64,000 nucleotides of DNA, taken from Phoronis australis (lineage: Eukaryota > Animalia > Phoronida). The notes under the pieces were generated by a model. It did not search any database. It saw only the letters and a program-made list of their open reading frames with translations, and was not told the DNA's origin. The position numbers and the translations under genes were made by a program. How positions within the stretch are numbered: position 1 is the first letter of the stretch; each line of letters opens with the position of its first letter. The stretch is taken from the NCBI GenBank assembly GCA_002633005.1, contig NMRA01000269.1, positions 217,083-281,082 on the forward strand, in the 5' to 3' direction. Positions 53,190 to 64,000 of this stretch are shown here, piece after piece.

Positions 53190-53620
53190 GGAAAAGTTAC
53201 ATGCGATGCTTTTTTATGACACGTGTGCTCGGAACGCACTTGACCCAATTTACTACCAAAACTTTTGGGTTTCTCTGTGCAAAACAAACCACAATAACAG
53301 CAAAATACAGCATCCAACGACGGACTGTACGCCAGCCACTATGACGAATTTCGCTGAGATAGGTTACACCAGGCAATGCCTTCCTGGTTACACGCACGCT
53401 GAAACACAAAGTTGTCATCATGCCGGAAGTTGTTCTTCGTTATATGGTAGCGGTCTTCATCTCTGGGCGATTTCAATTTTGCTATAACTTCGTCATTTTT
53501 GTCGTCCGCTTTAATGAGGAAACCGATATCATCAATGCACGGTTTTGCTGAATTGTTGGTTGTAATTGTAGGTACTGTTTCAGAAGAGCGAGGGTTAGTT
53601 TCTGTAAAAGATGAATTCAT
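53190..53620 (-). pseudogene. Decayed hAT-type transposase N-terminus (TTF-type zinc finger, ZMYM1-like)
   Basis: Minus-strand reading ...RHDDNFVFQRAC...SS*WLAYSPSLDAVFCCYCGLF then, after a frameshift, NWVK; matches the WL.YS...D..FC..C.LF...NW.K consensus of ZnF_TTF; in-frame stop and frameshift. Confidence 0.75.
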
Positions 53621-56600
53621 TTTCTGTTTGACGATGGCGACAACGGCACTACGTGATACATGTAGGCTCAGAACTAGTTGAAACAGCCTCAGCCTGGCAT
53701 AGACTCAGATGTTCCGCTTTTATCCGGCAATCTCGCTTTTCAAATCAGTTGTCCCGTTTCTTCATTCTCGAACGTTAACAACTATGCAACAGGTGCTCAG
53801 AATGACATTGACTCTTTGTCGTGAATATTGTTATTTAACGAGTACACTTTCTTTAGTTGCGTAACCATGGTGAAAATGAGTTTCAAAGTCACTTATTCAG
53901 GGTAGCACGCATACTGCATCAAGATCACTTATTTTTAATTTCTGCTATAGAAAGTCCTTTAGTGCAACCTATGTACAATAATGATCTATCCGCAGTACAT
54001 TTCAAAGCTATATTACAATAGATGCTTGGTCGTTTTTTACCTGTCAGAAATCCTTTATCTGCAAATTTCGGATAGGCAGTTGGAGTAATTAGTTTATCGC
54101 AATTTTGTGAATATCACTGTCCCCTGAAGATTTCTAGTAATACTTTGCACCGGCCGCAACTCCGTCGACGAAACGAATCCGCTGGAGGGTAACGTCCGTT
54201 GAAAACTTTCAGAGAGTCCAGTTGATAGTGTCAGTGGGGACATTCCAAGGTGTCATGCATGACCTTATCGGCATGTCTATGCATTTAGTCAAATGTCTAC
54301 AAACTATAGAATTTACCTCAGTTAAAGTACATATTGCCTGAAAGTGGAAAGCATGTAGAATTTGATTTTTGATTTTTTTAACAATCTTTCTTAAAATTTG
54401 TCACATGAAAATGCCTTTTTGTTAAAATTTAGTAAAAAGAAAGGCACATAGATAGCATAACAACGGTATCAAAAATATGTCAAATTTTCATATTTAACAT
54501 TGTTCAAGGTGAAGTGTTAAAAAAACGGTGTTGCAATTTTCTAAATTGTTTCGCTTTCGTTTTACGCGACTTTTCATTAATTTTTTTCATGAAAATGATC
54601 GAAGTCCTATTTTTGATATCCCCAAACAACGTATCAAAGAAGAGTACATAAAGCATAGTATCTAAAAGTATGAATCCGATCCGCTTTTCTGAATTATGAT
54701 TTTCGAAATTAGCCAAATTTGGACATTTTTCCAGGAACCTACATAACGTTGATATAAAAATTAATGATGTATGATTTCACAAAAAACAAGAAAAGGAGAA
54801 CAGTTTCTTAATATTGCCTACACCCCCGTGAGAGCGGACCCTTTCTTGACAGAAGTGGTCACGAACGCTGGAATATGGAAAGGAGTGCTACGAATGCTTT
54901 CAATGGACCCTCTCCAAGAGCTGAAGCCCCTTAACATGAAAAAAGATTTCAAAAACAGGAAATGAGCGGCATTTGGCACTGTCATCAGCGCCTCTCCCAG
55001 TCGGAGGCTTCAGTGCTAAATGACATGATTCTATTATCTTTCGCAGGGAAGGACTCCTGGAAAAGTGCTGACTTGGATTATCAAAATGGTCTTCATGGAG
55101 TTAACAATTTGAATCAATTTGCTCTGGAAATTTGAGTATACCAAGTTTTCAAGTGCTTGTAGGCGATGCATAACGAGAACAGTTTAACCTGGACCTTGTG
55201 TAAACAAGAATTCCCGGCCTGGTCCTCCAAAAGAGTATACCCAGCACTGCATGGGAAATGTTGTCTTTCATATTTTTGATTTATCACCTACGTGTTCCGC
55301 TGTCGCTTTCTTTCACCATCTGTGTTCAAGTCCGGAATGTAACTGCCTCTTGTCTTCGCATAATACGGATACAGTGATCGACACCAAGGTTTCCCTTGCG
55401 GCTTACAAATTATTCGGGCACGTGTCCCTCGCCCTCCTATCCCCTGCATCGGCCGTTCTTTGCTGTTTTCTTGGAGTGACGCAGTATGGCTCGAACGGGC
55501 TATTGCACGTATCATTTGACGTGTCTTTGTTTGAATGTTTTTAAATGTTGCTGAAGCATTGCTAGGATTATCTGGACAGCCCAATACATCCAGAAAACTC
55601 CGTTCGAGGAATTAGGGTTTAAAGTAGCGAGTAGATGGTAAAACGGCGCTTGAGGCTTCGCCAAGAAATTCTCCAAGGGTTTTGGAAAAAGTTGAGGCTG
55701 CTACGAGGTGTTCCGAATGAGTAAGACTGACCAATCTCGAACCAGCACCACCTGTGCCGATTGTGGTCGATCTCCATCGGGAATGTGAGCTGACTAAGGC
55801 GTACAACACAGGTCTGAAGAGGAAGCTGCCTGTAGCAGGAATGTCTCGCATCCAGCCTCTGTTGGCATTACAGTCTGGTGAACATATCGGACACCTGGTT
55901 CTTGATTGGGAAATCAAATGCGAGATCAACCGGTACGTTTAAATCAGCAGAGCATAAAAAAGGTGTTTTTACAAATCTGGCCAAACTTGAGACATAATCC
56001 AAATGATAAGCACGGATTGTGAGAACCATCATGGCCACTGCTCACAGTGTCACTGGAGCAGATCACTTTGTTTTGGTTGGCAGTCAAATTGTGCTTGGTC
56101 GTATCGATCTCGCAGTGGAAATCAATGAGCAGGAATTGAATAAATATCTTTCTTAAAAACACACAAAATGAGAGAATCATAAGAGCTAGATAATGTGAAC
56201 TGTTGAAATCAGATCGCAGCTAAATAGCCTCATTTCCGAGATGTTCACCACATTAACGATAATGGCTTATACAAGACAAGTAAGCCGTTGATTTGTGAAT
56301 ATCGAGTACCCCAGCAAGGTCCATCAACCCGTTCTTCAATGTCAATTTCAAAGCGTCAACTAAATCTTCGAAAAGGTTGCATATAAAACGAAAGTAGCAT
56401 TGATTCAGAAGTCACGAACTGAATGGCGCAACGCCGCCCCAGCTATAACCGCGCCCTCTATCACAAAAATCAACTTTTACTTCACTTACCGTCATGAAAT
56501 TGGTCTCAAATTGCTCCTTTTTCAAATTCGAGGTAATTTCAGGGATTTGCAGGATAATTCGCTATTGTACAAGTCTCTACAAAGTTTGTCACGACGTGTC

Positions 56601-59600
56601 ATTTTATGCACCGAACATGGTCTCTGGAAGTAACGAACTGTCATACGAGCAACGAATAGATTTAGAAGCCTAATTTATAGCGATAAGCGGTCTAACAATA
56701 GCTCGCTTTTTAGACGGAATGCAAGATTGCAGGCGTTTTAAGCCTTGTTTATCTGACATATCAATTCAGAGTAGACTAGTGCAAAACGCTGACGAAGCTG
56801 GTAGGACACTAGTCTAGTATTTTGAGAAGCTTTATGAAGTTTGAAATTATCATGGAATACAGTGAAATTGTCTTGAAACTTCGAAAACTATACGTCGTTT
56901 TATTGTTGGTTTCTTTTCGCTCAATTTTTAGATAAAGCAATAGAATTTCAAGAGAAATGCTTGCATTTTGTCCTCATACCCACGAAAGAAATGTACGCAA
57001 GCTCAATTGTTTCGAAACTAAAAAGAAGACATAAAAGGTTGAAATTTTGTGCGGTAATGTATAAATTTAACGAAAATTCTTGCCTTTTTACGTCACTCTC
57101 GACTATTCATCAAATGCCCAACGACACTTTACAGAAGTCAATTTCAAAGAACGTCCGATGTAAAATTTTCACCAGGCAGTCACACAAACTTATCCCAGAC
57201 ATGAATTTCGGAGCTCTGTTTCCCACTAAATTGCAGTGCACTGTTTTGACCAGTCGAGACCCAGTCAAATTCTACCCACAAAAACGTAGGTCATTTCTTA
57301 CCTAGATCCCGTGTTGATATCTCCGACATCCGCGCCACCGACTTCCCTCTCTCGTTGTTGGTCAATTACTCTTTGACATGTTTAACGGCCAGACAACGAG
57401 TACCGCGCCTGCGTAACGAGGTGCAGGGCTGTGTTTGTTATTTGGTGAAAAACGATATGGTCTGATCTCACGAGTGAGGGACTCCAGAGGAAAAAACTGA
57501 CAACATGACGAAGCAATGCCAGGTGTCACAAATGCACACTTCCTTTGAGCGTTGCTTCCCTTGTTATGCGAGGGTAGGCGTTTTCTCTGCGTTTGTTGTT
57601 TGACGATGTAAAGGAACAATACATCTACACCATCTGTCAAAAACAACTTTTGATTTCGGCTATACTGCTAGAAAAATCTGTCTCATATTGTTCCTTGTTT
57701 AGATTAGAAATGATTTCTAGACACTTTTGAGAAGAACAGACATGTGGTTATTTCTTCATGCCAAGCTCATATTGTGACTGAGTCGGCAGCATTACAACAT
57801 GAAATATAATTGATTGTCCAGGCCCGTTATGTTGTTTGTCGACGAGGTTAGTCTAAATCGCCAAGGCAGTAGTCAGGGGATTCCAGGCGATTTATCGTAA
57901 CGAAATTTCAATTCAGAGAAAGGATAAGAACGAGATGATGCTGTCTTGGAAAAACAAATACACCTGCGGAGAAAGTTGATGTCTTAAACACCAGAATAGG
58001 TTTATAGCGGCTGTAATAAATGTATGGGGTACCATTTATAAATTTGTTGCAAATTACTGTTGTTTATATATAGTTTATTAATAGCTCGTATTTATAAATA
58101 GCAACACTATTTTAAAAATAGTGTTGCTATATAGCTGGCGAAAAAGTTCAGCCAATGGAGAGCCTAGTAACAAATCAGGTGCTTGTCAATGCGCATTCAT
58201 TGACACATATAAGATGTCCGACGCACTAGCAAGTAGGCCGAGGGCACTGTTGGACGATTATTCGTCGAAACCGTAAAATGTTGCAAAGATGAAATGTTCT
58301 TCTTCAGATACAAAACTACTTCTAAACTACTTTTACTACGGGAATCGAAAGACGTTGGAGTTTCCACCAAACATTTTCACCTTCAATATACGCATGCGCG
58401 CTATTAGCGGACGAAAACTCAGAAGGGTCGCACTTTGCAAAAAGTTGGGTCCAGATTCACGTCACAAGGCAACATGTGCATAGTAACTAGCTCTGTAACT
58501 GCATTTGTGTATTCTCCTGAGTGTCTCGTTATAAAACTCGGACTTAGGCCTACTTTAATTACGGAAGAAACCAATGACGTATCTTGTCCACCTAAGCTGA
58601 GTACGGCTTTACAATAGCTTGTGGGTTTCTGAGGCTGGGCTTGCAATGAACTATGATAATGAAGTGCGCGAATTTTTGTCTGAAAAAGGTTTTGGACTAG
58701 AACATTTGATATTGACGAAAGTGTTTCTACTAAGCTAAATAATCACTGTCTATAATGAGCTACAACAGCTAAATAGCAGGTTATTTATACATAGAATTTG
58801 CTATTTAACGCGAAATGGTGAACCCCCCCGCTACAAAATCCAATAAGCAATATGACGAAATTGGAGGCGACAAAATCTTGCTTCGCTGTCGCATGCACGC
58901 CATGACCTGTAGCCGCGCGAGGTCGATAATTGACATTTCTTCAAATTCGAAATCCAAACAGATGTTTTTACACTTTTCAAATGGTTATTGTATTGTATAA
59001 TTGTCCAGGTGCTACACGATTTTTTCTGTTTTGCAAAACTGTGTTCTAAGTCGTTTTATGTGCTGATCGCCTGGACCTATTGAATATTGTGACTTTTTAT
59101 ATCATTGGTACTTCGTTTAAATTTTCAATTTACTACATGTTTGGGTGAATGGCTTTATTTGTTAGACCACCAATGAAGGAGATGTAGCGTTGGCAGACAG
59201 CTTAGTGTAGAAAAGTGATCGTTTATTGACCAGGATATCACGACCTTTGATTTAACCGAAATTCCAGACGTGAAGGGGAGACGGAAGCATAACGAATTAT
59301 TTCAGGCTGAACTCGATTCCTGCTACAATATATATCGTGGAGAATATTTGTGTTGGGGAGTGGGTGGTTTTGTACGTAGCTGCAATGCCTGCAAAAATTG
59401 GAAACATAAGTACATGTGTGGGTCAAACGTAAAAAAGCAAACGCGTGTGATGTGACGTATTTTCGTCTGGTGGTGTGATACGCACCCACGTGATGTCATT
59501 AGAAAGTCTGGCGACAGTAGCATGACTTCCTTAGGCATCCGGATTTCAACGACAAAACGAAAACGTAAAAAGAAAAGTAACGCCCAAGACGAGTTCAAAA

Positions 59601-61086
59601 ACGTTTCTCGAAAGTGGACTTTGCTGGCTGTATTGTGAATTTTCGCAACAAGAATCCAGCCAGAGGAGCGATGCTAGACATGCATTTAACAGTGTTTCAT
59701 TAGATTGAACTTGTAAAATTTTATATAGAATCGAGCAAGCACTCTGAGAAATAATTAAAACAGACGATTGTTTCCATGAACGATTCAAAATAGGATTGGA
59801 CATGTTCAATACTTCCTCTTTTTGTGACAGTAATGACAAAAAGAACATCTCTTTATAAAGAACCCCTATGAATGAATGAAACAGCCGCATGTTATATACG
59901 ACAGTTCGGAATTTGCACCTTTTATTTAGTAAAACTAACTCCTTCGGAAGTATGGTATTGTTGGATATTATCGCGGTGGTCAGAACCCTTCAAGATGTTT
60001 ACAAACCATTTCCTATCCTTGAAAAATCCATTAGACAAGCAAGTGTTTGTTTTCAACACTCTTACCACCACGTGAATTAACACACCTTGAGAGCATATCG
60101 AGTATCTTAGCATGCAGATCGCACGGTGTAAGAAGGTTTATGTAAACGACCTGGTCATCTGGTTAGCAGGCTTTAAGAAAACACAAGAAAATTCATATTT
60201 ACCTCACTAATGTAGTATGTATATTTAATTGGTTTCACCAATGCGGCTTTAAACCTGCGTTCGTCAAAGAAACAAACTCTCGTTGATTTAAATCGTTTTT
60301 CACTGTAAAGTTGGCACCACCGTGTTCCGTATTGAGAGGGCAATTTTTAGCTCGAGACCATATTCAGCGCGTGAGATGGCCCGCGCTGTGACGAAGACAA
60401 TTGTTGAGCCTTGTCTCAAGTTTTATCAAAGTGTGAATTTTTCCAAGCCCACAAATCACTATTAATTTGACTACGTAAGGAAGTTTTTGAGACCAATTTC
60501 ATAGCAGTGAGCCATCTAAATGTGATGTGGGTTTTTGTAACTGAAGACAGGTTTATCACAGTTTTTAGTAATTACAAATATTTTTGTTCAAAAAGCGATT
60601 TGCATGTATTAGTGGTCAAATGGTATATTACAAATTCGTCTCAGTTAGGTTTCCACTATCCAAACAAATATGAGAACTGCTGCTGCGGACATGCCCTGAA
60701 AAAATTTGTTTGTATATAATTAGCCATCCTTCGGTAGACCACAGAAACCCCTGTGTGTAGCTTGTTACAAAAGTTGTGTGTTGACCTTCAGGTTTTTGAT
60801 CGAAGGCAATAAATTTGGAAAGCAACTGCACCGATTTTCCCGGAATTTTATGTATAATAGAACTAGGTAATATGTTAAATGATGAAAATTAAAAGATCTG
60901 AAAGGCACCCCTTGAGAGTCTTAGATTAAGTGGATTAGATGCCCGAAACATATTTCGCTAAAATGTAAATTTACGACGTTTTTTATATAGAGTCTGAACG
61001 GAGACTTATGATCAGTCGTTAGTTGGCGTAAGTCTCCATGTATACACTATAAGAAAACGCCGTAAAGTTACGATTTAGTGAAGCAG

Positions 61087-61328
61087 GGGCCCGTTCCAAG
61101 AAAACTGACTTAGCTAAAATAAATCTTAAATGTAAGTCAATTTTGAAATATAACTTCAATTTGTCTTAAGTCCGTTCCAAGAAAGTGATCTTAAGTTTAA
61201 CGTAATTTTCTTACTTACGTTTTGTTTGAAGTTAGATTAACGAACCGGACGTGGAAGTTTCAAAGTTGGAAAGATGAGACAAATCTTAGACTTAAGTCAC
61301 AAACGAACTTAAGTCTTGGAACGGGCCC
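61087..61328. mobile_element. PIF/Harbinger-like MITE, TIR GGGCCCGTTCCAAGA, CAG target-site duplication
   Basis: cag|gggcccgttccaaga ... tcttggaacgggccc|cag, internal cttaag motifs. Confidence 0.82.
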
Positions 61329-64000
61329 CAGGCCGCTTCATGCGCTGTTAGCGAGAAACCCAACTCATTTCGACTTCTGTACATCAGATTTCGCAGAAAA
61401 CTTGGCTTCCCTTGATTTTTGTTGTAGACAGTACAAACACAGTTTGATTGATTTAACCTTTTTACCAGGATATTGAAGGTCTTTGTTACGTGTTTATATT
61501 TATAGAACAAATACTCGTATCGTGTCGACAGAACGTAAACATATGGGTTACAGATGAGTCGACTGGGGTGTATTAATGGGAGTGTTGTACGCATCTGTCT
61601 AATAACCTGAGTACGGAATGGTTGTAGTTAAAATCGATGGCTCATCAGATACAAGGGTAGTCATTACGAAGACAGGGGGGTGGGGGGAGGGGGGTGGCAA
61701 GACCCGCAAAATGAGGTCTCATCACATTGTGTGCTTTTAGTATAGAATTGGTAAATACGTGCACGTCTGTTCGGTGCCCGTACAGTCTTGAAAAATTACG
61801 TTTAGTTAAAAAGATATTATCGGTTTTTTGGTTGAAAAACGCATTTTTGGAGTCATTGTTGAAAGATTAGATTTCTTTGGCTGTGTGTTTTTTATTACAA
61901 ATCACGAATGCTCGGCGTTGTCTGGCAGACATTAGCTGATCTCACAAAATCACTTCTCTTGCCAATAACGTCCCTTTCAGCTATTACACGAGTGCAGGGC
62001 CTCACACCGTGTGCGCCCAACCGCAGTGCATTGGTGACATTTCCATTCTTTAAAGTTTGTGCGTTACTTTTCAACCAGTAACCCCAAATAACATACTTTT
62101 ATTTCAATAAAATGGATAACTCGATTAATAGAACTCACTATCACGAAAATATAGACAAATATATTCCTATGCTCTATGCGCTTGGCAGCAAGTTCGGAAA
62201 TTAACGAAGTGATTCAGTGTTCGTCAGAATATCAGGACCCAAGTTATTATCCCTATTCTCAAAACTTGACTCGAAAATTGACTAATTTCACGGAACGTTT
62301 AGACTCAACTTGTAAACTCAAACAATGCTGCATGGTCAGTTCAGTTTCGAGTTTGTGTCTTAGTCTATGCTGAATTCAGACTAAAATTAGGCATTAGGTC
62401 CAGCTGATCTTGGACATATCACAGTAAACCCTTACTTATTTCTAAACTCGTGTAACTGTGTTGTTTTCTTTCACAAAAGTTAAAACTTATTTTGAAAGAA
62501 ATCCTTAAAAGCAGGTCCTACGGACTGAAGTGTTCTTCCAAACAGACTAAACTGTTTATACAATATCTCGTTGAAACCAGACGAAAACTCATGTGATACG
62601 TGGCACGTTCTTTGTTAAGAAGCTTGTTTCTGGTTTTCGAAGCCTTGTTATTTATAGAATTTTTCATTTTCTCAATGAAGATTCAGGGTTAAAGATCCAG
62701 TACACAGGCAGGTATTTGCAACGCTAGGATCGCTAGGAGCGTGGGTCGTTCAGATGCCATTGGAGCCATTTGAAGAGCAGTTATTTGTCGTTAATTTTTC
62801 GCAATTTGTAGGTCGATATGTTAAAGTGCTGGTTATTTTGGCGTTTGAAATGTTAGGCACGCATGTGTCCGTGGAGATCTAACTGTAAAGATTTCAGGGG
62901 CCTGACTGTAGTGACCAAATGTTTTCACCGCGGTATTTTGTATCCAGCGAGGCAATTTCTAATTCTTGCCACTTCACGATTTATTTCTGATTACTAAAAC
63001 ACGAAAATCGGTTCCCGTTCAGTTGAACGGTGAGTTTAGGTACCCTTAAGTTCGCCACAACAACACACTTGTCGGCACAATACCCCCGAAAGTTTGCGAC
63101 CTCGTGTTTACGTTTGTTGATACACACGGCAAAGGAATCTACCGCGGGTGGTTTTCAGGTCTTGGACTTTTCAGGCGTATTTCGCGGTAAATATGCTCTT
63201 GTGCGCCTATGACGGGACAGATTTTGGTTCTTGGTCGCATTTATCTGTTAAACATATTAATTTTCAAAACTGCCGTTTGTATTTTTCCCTAATTACTCAA
63301 TACGCTACATTTATACCGCGCCCCCCAGCATTAATGCTCATTCGACACGGAGTTCGTACATTTCCGTGTGAATTCATCATGTAAGCTACATTACTATACA
63401 CTTAGCAATATCAGATTTTGCAACGTAGTTGACGGGTTAACCATGTTTAGCAATAAATTGAAATACTTAGGCCATCCCGTCTGAACTCCGAGGCTATGCG
63501 GATAGGCCGCACCAGGCCCGTAGCCAGGGGAGGTTCGGGGGTTCGATCGCCGAAACCTCCCCCCGCCAGCGGAAAGGTCCAGCCCCGGCCTATCCGTTAA
63601 AGATGGGATATAGACGGAAAACAACAACAAAATTGTTGCAGCTGCTGGTATTACTAACTACAATGATAACTAAGTCACATAGGCTAATCATCCGGCCGTA
63701 CCCGGTCAACGTCGCTCGAATGGTGCTTGGTGATATAGACCGGCAGCCCAGAGCACTTAGCATAGATGAACGAGGTACCAAAATCTGATCACGGGAGCAT
63801 TTAAAGTCCACCTTAGTATGTACAGAAATGGACGTCTGCCGTTGTCTGCACTCTGGGTGTGACCCCTGGGGGCCTTACAAAGAGCCCAAAAAATGAGCTA
63901 GACTAGATATTCGAGGTACCAACCAAAATTGATTTAAAACGAACAATAGTACCTCACTGAACACCGAATGACCCATGACAGACAAATTACACTCTGGAAT

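Noticed and set aside
63603-63788. Signal-peptide-like ORF near window end
   Set aside because: Follows a transposon-like GC-rich terminus at about 63511; no recognisable domain or downstream exon.

Overview
AT-rich, intron-containing animal DNA (it looks like a highly heterozygous marine invertebrate, probably a deuterostome; organism not determinable here). Four spliced protein-coding genes were reconstructed by hand from GT/AG sites with consistent phases: (1) + strand, the 3' part of a laminin-gamma-derived gene (exons 2720-8479) that stops after the LN domain and two LE repeats and ends in a hydrophobic GPI/membrane-anchor-like tail, i.e. a netrin-G-like architecture; (2) - strand, Phox2 paired-like homeobox gene (4 exons, 21883-13441, 260 aa); (3) + strand, UTP18 (13 exons, 34362-47058, 485 aa); (4) - strand, a CHST8-14/HNK-1ST-family carbohydrate sulfotransferase (50958-49180, about 321 aa). 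The rest holds MITEs (Harbinger-like and hAT-like), LINE/SINE remnants, a decayed hAT TTF-zinc-finger fragment, mini/microsatellites and three single-N assembly joins flanked by duplicated (allelic) sequence. The best candidate for something new is the short, membrane-anchored laminin-gamma paralogue.
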